Part shown: one piece after another, positions 24,801 to 36,100 of the stretch
How the letters are laid out: each line of letters begins with the position of its first letter
How positions within the stretch are numbered: position 1 is the first letter of the stretch
Assembly (NCBI RefSeq): GCF_002571385.2
Contig: NW_019217871.1
Location: forward strand, 186,062-250,061
Length of the DNA stretch: 64,000 bases
Source of the DNA: Stylophora pistillata
Lineage: Eukaryota
Direction: 5' to 3'
Notes under the pieces: generated by a model
Database searches by the model: none
Told to the model about the DNA's origin: nothing
Seen by the model: only the letters and a program-made list of their open reading frames with translations
Made by a program: the position numbers and the translations under genes

Positions 24801-27800
24801 GAAAAAGGCAAACTTGAAGGCGAATTGACAGTTGTTAAGCAACAGAGCATAGACCTGCAGAGTAGAGTAACTGTAATTCTTCAAGAAAAAGACAAATCAT
24901 CCGAAGAAGTCTCATCAATGAACACTTCTCTGACGACATTACAAGCCGACTACAACACGATTTTATCTCAAAAAGAAGAAAAAGACAAGGAAATAATTGA
25001 GCTCCGTGAGAAATTATCTAAGAATGTGCTTGAGCACGGTGACTGGGAAAAAACAAAGGCTGCTTTACAAGGAGAAGTCCACTCACTACAGAGAAAGGTA
25101 GACGAACTGGAACACACCGTAGCATATTTAGAACAAAAGGACAAACAGCTTCAAGAAGAGTTCATTGATTCTCACAAAAAGATAACAGCATTCGATCAAG
25201 AACTGATTGTGGCTAAGAACAAAATTAAAAGAATGGAGGCCTTTGAGGGTGTGGAGAAGGAGAAGATGAAAGTCCTCAGCGATGATCTTTTCAATGCGGA
25301 GCAGAAAGTTGCACAACTTGAAACTGCTTTGACATCAAGTCGAGAGAAAGAGTCACAGCAACAGAACGACCTCATGACTGCTTACAAGAAAGTAACTGAC
25401 TTTGAGGTCGCTTACCAGACAAGTCAGTCAGCGAAGAACCAACTCCAGCAGGATATCACCATGTACAAGAATAAATTAACAACAAGTGATCGTAAATTAC
25501 AGAGCGAGATCAAGAACAGAACACAACTTGAAAGCCAACTTCAAGAAGCAAAACTCAGGATTGAAAATCTTAAGACGGAGGCGAACAGACATCAAAGAAA
25601 ACTAACCCAACAGCAACAGGAATATGAAATCACACAGAACGATACTGAAAGTAAAACCAAGATTATTGAAAATCTTCAATCGTCCAAGAAGAGCCTCGAA
25701 AATGAAATCCACGATCTTCGACGAGATCTTACAAGTTTAAAACTGACCTCGGAAAAACTCAGCCACGAAAACAAAGAGTTACAGAATCAATTGGAAGTCA
25801 GTCAAGAGCGCCTGGTAGATGTGGAGTCTGCCGCTGAGTCGAGCACCATCGAGAACGACAGACTCAAAACGGAGATACTGTACTTGGAAACGTCTTATCA
25901 GGAAACCCAGCTGATATGCCAGATGCTACAGAAAGAAAAAGAAGGTCTAAATTCTCAACTCCTCGAGGCTGCTGCCCCAGATTTGGTGGATTTTGGATCT
26001 ACAGACGACTCTTTGAAGAAAGAGAAGGAGGATCTAGAAAGCCAGCTCTCTAAAGTTAAAAAAGAATTGCACTCATTGAAAACTGCTCATGACGACATAC
26101 TGACAACGAAAACTAAGGCGGTGGAACAACTGAATGAAGTGAGGAAAGAACTTACTGATTTACAATCGAGTTATCAAACGGTTCGGTTGGATAATAACAG
26201 AAACGTTCTAGAGCTTGAAAATGCCAAAAAGCGACTAAGCGATTTGGAGGCGTCTTATTAAGAAGTAAAACGAGCTAAGGAGACATTGCAAGAGAACTCT
26301 ACTGACACAGAGAGGAAGCTAGTCTCGCTGGAGGCAAGTTATGAATTGTGTGAGAGCCAGAAAAACGACGCTACCAGAGAATTGTCAAACATGGAAAAGA
26401 AGCTTGCCCTGTTGGAATGCTCGTATAACAGGATTCGCGAAAGGGAGACAGAGCTAGAGCAAGAAATTCTTGACTCGCACAAGAGGGTTACAGAATTAGA
26501 TTATGAACTGCAAACGAAGAAGGAGCTTCTGGGAGAGGCGCAAAACGTTGTGCGAGACATAGAAGAAAGGAATGATGTCCTGCAAGTAGAAGTCCTTGAC
26601 TCTCAAGGGAAGATCAATGAGTTGGAAGCGACTTGTGAAATGTGGAAAGAAAAGGCAAATAGCTGGGAAGAAGAGGCCAAAAAGGCAGAACGTAGAAGTA
26701 AGAATGCAGAAGAAGTTTACAAATTCGGGCAACTTGAGAAGACGGAACAAGAGAAGGAGCTCACCACTTTGAAAGACACCATCTCAACTTTGGAGCGAGA
26801 AGTTAAGGAAAGCAACAGAGAGAAAGAGGAATTACTATCACAACTGGATGATTTAAGGAACACTAGTTTCAATGAGCGAGACGACGTGAACAACCTAAAG
26901 ACAGAAATAAATGAGTTACAAAGGAAAATCTCGGACAGTAGCCGAGAGTTTGACGAACAATCGATTGCTTTAGCGGAATCTAAGAGGCAACAAGTACTCC
27001 TTGAAGACGAACTTGACAGGCTTAAGAGAGATTTATTGAACAAAGAAAGATCTAACGAGGATTATGCAAGAGAAAACAACAGGATGGAACATGAGCTGGA
27101 GGTGCTCAAGGATGAACTAGGAGAAAAGGACAGGCGATTGAAATCTTGTGAAGAAGAAAAGGAAAACGTCCGTAATGAGATGATTACAGCGCACAATTTG
27201 GTATGTACACTGCAAGATGACGATCGAGCGAGTGAAGTGCAAACGCTCGTGCTACAGCAAGAACTGGAGTTTTTGAGGAAGAAAGTTGCCGATGCGGAGC
27301 GGGAAGTACAAACTTTCAAGACAAAGAATGACGCATTGAGGCAAGATATTGTCGATGGGAGCTTTTCGAGCAGCACAGATCGAGAAGCCAGTCAACAAGA
27401 AATCCAAAGACTGAGGAATGAGCTCCAAATCAACACTGATAAATACCGTGAGCTCGAAAGGTTTTGCAAAGAAAGCGAAGACGAGAAACTCAGCCTTCAA
27501 AGAGAGCTGTTGGATACCCACAAGAAAGCATCAGAAATGGTGATGGCACATCAATATTGCCACCAAGAGAAAGAAGCATTCCAGGATGAAATAGCCAATC
27601 TAAAGAGAAGACTACAGGAACAAGGAGATGCAACAGATGGTACCAAAGACAGATCAATAATTCTTCAAGATGAACTTTTGGATTTACACCGAAAACTCTC
27701 TACCGCGGAAAGTATGTACGACCGTTCTCAGAACGACAACAAAAGACTTCGGTCAGATTTGGAAGATGCAGAGAACAAAATTAGTACTCTTGAAAATGAG

Positions 27801-30044
27801 CTCTTTCTAGTCTCGCGTCATGAGATTACACAACTTAGTGATGCCACTGTCGGCATTGAGGAGAAAACGTTTCTTGAAGAAAAGCTGCTTTCTGTCGAGA
27901 CGAAGTATACTGAGTTAGAAGTAACATACCAGCGTATTATGAAAGAGAAAAAAGAAATCTTTGATGAACAACAAGAGAAAAGTGAGGAGTTATTTCGAGT
28001 TCAGAGATTACTGGATGAAAAGACGAGAGAATTGGATTACTTGCAAGGGCAGCTGAATGATCGCAGCAATAGTACAATGTTAGAAACGAATCGTTTGCGA
28101 GATGAACTAGAGGAAGCTCTTGAGAGGCTACATAAGAGTGAATCTGAATTATCGGCTAAAACTTTCGAGTATGACCGTGCAGTTGATGAACATCAACGAA
28201 TAGTGTTTGAGAAAGAAAGCCTCATCAGCGATGTTAATGCTCAAATAAGTTCTCTTGATTTTGAAGTGTCCACCTTGAAGAGAGAGCTGGTGTACACCCG
28301 GGACGACAAGGACAGCTGGGACGAGGAAAGGAAGAATTACAGAGAAGAAGCCGTCAAATTGAGGAAAGAAAAATCACGCGCCGAAGAAGAACTTCGTCTA
28401 ATTAAAGATGATTATGAGAATATCAAGGAAATGATCTCCGTCATGAAGGCAGAAAAGGGCCATTGCGAAGAGGAGAATGGTAGACTCAAAGAGGAATTAC
28501 GAGTGGCAAATCTTGAGATTGATCGCCTGAAACGAGAGATGTCAATGAGTAAATACGAGTATGATTCCTTCGAAAGTGAAAAGAGTAGCTTTAAGGAAGA
28601 AATTACCACCCTCAAAGTTAGCAAATCTGAAATTCAAGAGGAACTTTGGCGAGTAAAACGCGAACTTGAGAAATTAGAACGGGAGGCTGGCATGAGAGTA
28701 CGAGATCTGGAGGCATGGAAAAGAGAGAAATCGACCCTACAAGACGAAATCAAGACTTTGCAAAGTGAAAAGATTAGTCTTACTGAGGAAAATAGAGAAC
28801 TGACACGAGAAATAGAAAGACTGATGGGTGAAATAGCGTCAAAATCTGAGGTAACAGAGGATGTAGGAAAAGTGAGGCGGGAAAGAGAGGAGCTGTATTA
28901 CGAATACACATTGATCAAAGAGAAATACACGAAGATTGAAGAGGAACGCAGGATCTTTCTGATCGAGAAACAAACCTTGGTCCAGGAGAAACAGAGTCTG
29001 GAATTTGATCTCAATGACTGTAGAAACAAGTTGCAAAGGTTTGAAAAATCTAACAGTAACTTAAAAGAGGAGAAACTTCGTTTGGAATACGAATTGAAAA
29101 CGGCTAAGGAGCGGCTTTTGATCGTCGAACGTGAGTTCGATTCCAGGGCAATGGAAAAACAGAAAATCTCTGAGGAAGTCAGCAGCACTCGTTTTGAAAT
29201 CAGAAAAATGGAAATTGACTTGCAAAAGGCTCTAAGAAAACTGGACGATGCAAATAACGATGTCAACGCCAAACAAGGTCGACTTGAGAGGCTGGAAGGA
29301 GAACTTGAAGATCAGCGACGAGAGTCCAAGTTACATGAGCTGGACCGAGAGCGCAAGGCCAATCAGGTTAAAAACTTGCAAGACCGGATTGACGAGCTCG
29401 AGCGCGAGATTCAGACCCTGCAAGATGACTTGATTCTAAGCCACCGAGCATACGAGCAGTGTAAGAGACAACTAGAAGACTTTGAATTGTCCGCTGACCC
29501 AACAGAAACATCCACACTTCGTGTCGATGTCATAGAAAGACCTCAGCAAACAACCACTCTGGATATCAATGTGAAACCACAAGTTACGACACTAGACATC
29601 AATGTGGAACCACAGAGGACATTTGAATACAGCTTTACACCACAAACAGATGAGTGGTACGTAACTCCGCAAACAATAATTGACCACAACTCTGCGCCAC
29701 AGACCTCAAGGACTCAATTTTACACCAGACCACATAGAACTTCGGAATACAGTTTTACCCCACAGACTACTACAAAAGAACTCGAAATAACAACACAAAC
29801 AACTACACTCGACATCGATGTCCAAGAGCGTCACGAAACGACTGAACTAGAAATTGATATTGAACAAGAAACGAAAAACGCATCAAGGGCATCATGGTCC
29901 ACAGGACGTGCGTCATCTTTTCAGGTGTTCAGGGACCAGAAGTATGGACCCGTGGAGTTCGCTCTCGATGAAGAGGAGGACGGGGAATATGAGATTGCAC
30001 AGATCGAAAGCAGGAGGGACCCAAGAAGAAGATGGAAGTATTAA
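15834..30044 (+). CDS. Giant intronless coiled-coil protein (golgin-160/GOLGA3-related modules), 4736 codons interrupted by three in-frame stops; pseudogenised allele, assembly error or recoded gene
   Basis: Track ORFs at 15834, 19827, 22011 and 26286 share one frame. The only interruptions are TGA 19797-19799, TAA 22002-22004 and TAA 26259-26261. Coiled-coil text continues through each: LQSA*DRITELEN, SLEQ*SQLKSLL, EASY*EVKRAKE. Confidence 0.8.
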
Positions 30045-30420
30045 GATCCTCGTAAAGAGAGCTACACTGGTTGATTGGGATGACTGTGACGGCAACAGTT
30101 GGAGGGACTGTGACCATTTTTACAGGTTGGACGTTTAGAGTGCCACGATGGTTGATTAGGATGACTGTGACGGCAACAACTGGGATGACTGTGATCATTC
30201 TTAGAGGCTTCGGAGAAAATGGAAGTACTAAGATTTGGATGTTCTCAGACGTTTTGAGGGTTATCACACTTTGCTTGGATAACTGTAACTGTGACGGCAA
30301 TCTTTGGGATGACTGTGGCCATTGTTAGATACTCCAGTGAAAAATTGACGTTTTATGATCCTGATTCCATTCTGTTGGGATAACTGTTACTGCAAACGTT
30401 GGGGTGACTGTAGTGCTATA
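30025..30420 (+). repeat. Degenerate tandem repeats in the 3' UTR (GGATGACTGTGACGGCAAC...), including a second copy of the terminal WKY-stop sequence
   Basis: Four related units. GAAGATGGAAGTATTAAGAT (stop 30044) recurs as GAAAATGGAAGTACTAAGAT (stop 30231), 187 bp downstream. Confidence 0.75.
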
Positions 30421-32578
30421 AACTTTACTGTACTATGGTTTGTTAGGTTGATGTGACTTCATGCCCCATGATACCATGCAAGTTGTGTAATACTTGCATT
30501 GGATACAGTGTCTTGGGAGCGCGTTTTTAAAATTTAAATTTGTTCTTTAATAGGTTAATAATACTAGGTTTTTAATACAATCAATGGTCCATTTACTTAT
30601 ATGAAAGCGTGGATGCTTTCCTCCAGAAAAATTTCAAAATCATACATTATTTGTATCAGGCAATTGATATTTGAATAGTATTGGTTAATGAAAAAAGGGT
30701 TCAATTAAGAGTCTTCATGTGCCAGAACGTACTATGTGGCAAATATAAAATTGTAAAGCTTTTATACATTGTGCATTTTCATGGAAATGATTTTTTTAAA
30801 AAGCTTGTTTTAAGTTGTAGCACTTTGTCTACAGACTGTCACTGTTTTTTATCTTAACACTACTGCTTCTAGTAGTACTGTAACTCGTTAATCGAGAGAT
30901 ATAAAGTTGAAGTTACATTTTTTCAGATGATTTAAAAGCCATTATTTAACATGAGAGTTATTTAGAGGGAATTACTCACATGACTTCAAGAGGACGCTTG
31001 CATTGCTGCGTGTTCTAAGACTTCATTGAATTATATTTTAATTCCATTAAATTTGGTTTTCTTGCGATATTTTGGATGGCTTAAGGTCACACAGGATCAT
31101 TCCTCAAGAGTATATACCCGTTAATAAATAATAACATTAAGAAAATATGTGGTCTTCATTTTTCAGTCCCGTATGAGTAATCTAGTTTTATTCAGCACCT
31201 CGTAGATCATTGTAGGCCACCTATTGAAACAAAAGTTTAGCCGTTGTTTAACGAAACTGCGTTCTAAACTATCTTCGATTTAGCTTAATCTTTTATCTAA
31301 AAATATATTTTTGCGAACAGTTTCAATAAAGCCGAAAGCTAGCAGTGGAAGGACATTTTTTTAATCAAATCAACCCTCTTATACAGAATACCCGAGGCCC
31401 ACCGCTTGCGAAAAACCTGAGTTTGGGCTAGACCTCGTGTAAAATGACCGGCCCATACAAGTTTTTCTTCACTCTTTCACTCCCAAGATCTCATAAGTAA
31501 TTGTCCTTACTGTCTGCCATACAATTTTTGTGACGTCAGTTTGGAGAATTTGGTATTGGATCAACCAATAATCCCTTAGTTGTTATTTTACTTTCTTCTC
31601 ATCACTTGTCAACTTGATATTGTATTGATATTGTAAGGAGAAATTCTGTATTGATCAGTCACAGGAGTTAATGGTCTAATGTCAACACAGTAATATTTCG
31701 GTAACATAAGGGAAAAAGCGCGATCTCTAAAAATCAAGACCACGAACTAAGAAAAAACTAATCATCAGTTGCAGATTGATAAAAGTCAAATTAACAATGG
31801 TTGCGAATTTTGAAGAGTGAAACAGAGACGAAGGTTAAACGCACGAAACTTAACCTTATTTGCCTAATTAAAGCCGGGCTCAAATTTGCATCCAAATCAA
31901 CCTGATTAAAACGGGCACAATATATTTTTATTAAACAAAAAACTTAAATGCAAGAAAATTAATTCCAAACTATTAATTTTTCTGATGAATATCATGGTCA
32001 ATGAGATATACATTTTCGTTTCAACGATTTTGAGTTATGTAAATTTTCATTCCATGAATGAAAAGAATAATTTTTTTGTACCGAGACCTGAAAAACCTCG
32101 TGACATGAATTGACGTTTTAAATTTACCAAGGAAGGCGGATTTCGTTACCGTGCACTTGTTAAATATCCTCGTTCAAAGCCACTTCCAGAAATCAAATGA
32201 AAATGAAATTTAACAACAATAATTGTAAATGTGCATAAATCTTTCACAGACACTGTTTTGTTTAGAAAATATTGCTTAAGTTTTGAGCTTTTTTTCCTGT
32301 TCATTGTAAATGGATATATTCCGCGAGCTATTTATTCAAGCTCGACTTAAATTGTTGAATCAATATAACAGGTCTAAAAGTTTAAAGAAGAGATATCAGA
32401 TTCCGTCTATCCTGCGCCAAAATTTGAACATATCATTAAAATTGATTGAGTTGGCCAAAGTCCAAATGTCCGAAATATCAAACTACGAGTTAAGTTCGAT
32501 TTTTCGTAAAATTAAATGACAAGTTTAATTCAGTCGTAAGATGCAATCAGCCAATCAGATGCCAGTTAAGGAAAACTG

Positions 32579-32592
32579 GTCTCCATAGTTAC
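32579..32592 (-). promoter_or_regulatory. RFX X-box-like site and CCAAT box upstream of giant coiled-coil gene 2
   Basis: GTAACTATGGAGAC (minus) fits the X-box consensus RTHNYYWTRRNRAC. CAATCAGCCAATCAG lies ~30 bp upstream. Confidence 0.4.
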
Positions 32593-33194
32593 AGGAAATG
32601 ACACGAACACCTGTCGTAAACTTAAAAACCAACGAATCACAAAGAGGAAGAAAGAAACGGGAAATAACAACAAATGGCTTTTTTGCATAACAGATATCAG
32701 CCGCTTTAATCCTGATTAAATGGCCTCTTACAGTATTTCACAACCAGAGAACAAGTGACATTGTGTATTCACCGAGAGAGAGATTCGAAGATTACTCAGT
32801 TCTGTTGGAAAACATTGACTGAAGCCTATCGTCGGTTAAATATCGATGGGAATCTAACTCTGCGGCGAATAACTGTCAGTATATTTCTTCGGGTAATAAT
32901 TGCAGTATCAGACTTTGCGCTGTGCATTCTACCACGCATAAAAATAAGTTACGTTCGTCAGAGAATGGAGAATGTACCTGGAGAATGTAGCAAAATGAAC
33001 TTCTTACGATAACGTGACAGACGAACCTTCATTTGAAAAGGCAGAAAGTCAGTGAAAAAAAGCACCTTCATTTTTTGAGGAATCCTCCAGTAACGTGGCT
33101 GGTTTATTTTTGCGTCACTAAAAGTCGTCGCGGCATGCTTGCCGCGACTTAAAAGCGGCATTTGACGCTGGAATATTTTCGACAAATTGACTAC

Positions 33195-36100
33195 ATGGCG
33201 AATTACGCACAAGAAAAAGAAAAAATCCACGAACAGCTCGAACTAGCCAAGGAAACACTGAACAAATTGAGGGCGCTTACTGATCCGAAAAGCGACTCGG
33301 AGAGTTTTCATAGTGTACCGAACGGTGGTGAATCATCCGCAATGAACGAACAAAATGGATGGGATGTTTGCCGAGAGCTCACCCAAGACAGCGACGAAGG
33401 AGCAAGCTCTGGAGTAGGAATGGAATCGCCAAATTTGGATCTAAGCCCACATGAAAGTACAACTTTTGTAGACGATGATAAATCACGAGTGGCGCCTGAT
33501 AGTCTGGTGAGAGTACTGGGTCTACAGGTATCGAAATTGGAGGACGATTTAAAAATATCTCTGTTGTCCTATTTTGAGCAAATGGAAGCCCAGAAAGAGG
33601 ATTTAATCTCTAGCTTTGAAATAATGCACGCGCAGCTTTTAAGGCATAATGAATCTTGTCAGCAACACCGTGACGAAGAAGCGGAGAAGGACAATTTGAT
33701 CGAGCGGCTGAAAGCTGCTAAACAAGCACTTGAACCGGATGTGGAGAAATTAAAGCGAGAAAATATGCTGCTGAAAACAACGGGAAATTCGCGCCCACGT
33801 GAAAATGGGATCCGTGGTTATCGAATAAAACCTGGTTATGTTGAACATGACGACCTCAGCGAAACGCTCATGAAAGAAAATTCCCGTTTGAGGGAAATCC
33901 TTCGTAAATACGAATCAAACGATTATGCTAGACTCGAAAGAAAAGTCGCTCTTCAGGAAAAGCTTTGCGAGTCTTATAACAAAGACATGAGCTCTAAAGA
34001 TAAAAAGCTTAAGCGCTTGGAAGCTGAAAACAAAGGTCTGCAAGAGGATGTAAAGAGCTTGCAAGAGGAAGTTTTGAGGGTGAATGCAACACGATTGAAT
34101 TCAGAGCACGATAAAACAAGATTACAGCAAGAATTACAGTTTAGCGAGGAGCAAATAAACACTTTGAGAGAAAAACTGAGTAGCTCTGAGCAAGAGAGTA
34201 GATATTTACAGCATTGTATAAGCGACGCAAATTCTCAAGCAAATGTTTCTGGCGATAACTTGTCTGAATTGGAGAAAGACATTTTGGTACTACGCGAGAA
34301 GTGCGAAAGTTATAGAGATAAGTTGAACGACAAAGAACGATTCCTTGAATCTGTGTGCAAAGAAAAACAAGGGCTTATCAAAGCGATGGAAGAGTTGAAA
34401 AGAGAACTGGCCGCTGTTCGAGGCGAGGAGCGATCACTGAAGATAGAAAACGAGAGATTACAGAAGGAAAACGCCGATAGTGAAATTGATCGTTTGAGTT
34501 CTGAAACTACGACTGAGGCCCAAGGAAGTACAATTTCTAAAATGAAGCAACATCTACACGAATTGCGGAGTAAGGTTGATGAATTGGAACAGCAAAAGAG
34601 ACAACACAATGACAGAGAAGCAGAGTTAAGTCAGGGTGTTCTCGCGAACTTAGAAAAATACACCCAAGTTGAGCAACAGTTGTATCTTGCTAAGAAAGAA
34701 CTCGCACAAATGCGCGGATTTTACGAGTCCAGCGAGGAAAAGAAGATAGATTTACAAGCAGAGGCTCAGACTTGTAAAGAAAGAATTTCAATTTTAGAAA
34801 GAAAGCTACAATCTAAGAAAATGGGCGAAGAAGACGAGCAACGAGTTAGCGATGTTGAAAAGAACGTGCAAGAACTGAACTCGGAAAATCAACGATTGAA
34901 AGAAGATTACGAAACAAGTAAGACGGAAATTGAGGAGTTGGAAGAAGCATTGCAAAGCGCACGCGAGCAGAATTCTTTGCAAAGAATGAGATTAGACGCT
35001 CATGAAACTCTCATGAAAAGGAAAGATGAAAGAATCAAAGAACTACAGAATGACCTTTTAGAGCTTCACAACCAAATGGATACCTTAACTGATGAAATCC
35101 TCAAGAAGAACCGTGAGCAGGAAGGTTTACGAATGGCGAAGATGTTGCTGGACCAAGAATTAGACCTACTGAGATCTGGAAAATTACCGGTGCGATCACT
35201 TCAGAAAGAAAGTGCTGCTAAAGATTCCTGGTCATTTCACCACACAGCGGGTCCGGCAAGTCCAGATAGCGGGTTTTCAGACATGGAGAGAGACAAAGCC
35301 ATTGACAAAATGAGAAGAGAAATTCTCATCCAAAACAAATTTCACCCTCAACAGCCCCCTTTGTTCGAGGAAAATGTGGCAACAAACGAGGACAGTAAAA
35401 CAAAAGCGGCTCTTGCACTAGAAACTCGCAGGCTAAAAGAAACCGAGAAGCGATTGGCGGACGTCATTGCTGAGAACGAAGAGCTTAAAGATCGTGATGA
35501 AGAAGCAAGGAGCATGCAACTTCAAATCGACTCGGAGCTTCGTAAGATGATGGAAGAAAACAACGACTTGAAAGAAAAGGAGAAGTTACTCACGCAAGCA
35601 TTGAAAGAAAACCACAGCATTAAATCACAGATGGAAAATTGCGTGGAACAAATTAATCCACAAATGGAGAACGATATTTTTCTTTTTGTCGACGAGCCGA
35701 TAGAAACAGCCATTTTGCAACCTGTTGTAGAAGCAAGTCTAGAGAACAGCATGGAATGTTCGGAATATGTACCTGATGGAACACTTGTGGATTTTTCCGA
35801 TGAACAAGATGGTCCTTCTATGAAACCTGTTATCGAAGGCGCTGATGTAATTCAAACCAAAGAAAGAGAGCTGGAACGTAAAGTTCGTGATTATGAAACA
35901 AGTCTGGCCAAGATGGCTAAAGAGAACGTCCGACTGTTGTCAGAATTATCAAAAACTCAAGATGACCTAAAAACTATGGAAGAAAATTGTAACTCAGCTC
36001 AGGAAAACAAAAACAATCTTCAAAAAATAATGCAAGAAGAACTCTTTGCAAAAGATGAAGAAGTTGCCAGGTTACAGAAAGAGCTGTCCACGTTATGCGA

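Noticed and set aside
19790-26265. Micro-introns removing the stops (e.g. GTCAGCTTGAGATAG, GTAAAGCCAG)
   Set aside because: 10-15 nt is far below the size of introns seen in this window, there are no polypyrimidine tracts, and the second would shift the frame.
15834-30044. Alternative nuclear genetic code reassigning TAA/TGA
   Set aside because: Neighbouring genes end normally at TAA (RPL19, RNF19), TAG (SWSAP1, MRTO4) and TGA (PRKCSH-like), and only 3 of 4736 codons are affected.
15834-30044. Four separate tandem genes as listed in the ORF track
   Set aside because: Downstream ORFs start at TTG only 6-27 nt after each stop, leaving no room for promoters or poly(A) sites, and all share one frame.
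19797-30120. Selenocysteine decoding of the internal TGA with a SECIS in the 3' UTR (ATGA-N10-AA...GA at ~30080)
   Set aside because: The would-be helix II does not base-pair, two of three stops are TAA, and the TGA is in a coiled-coil context that fits Arg.
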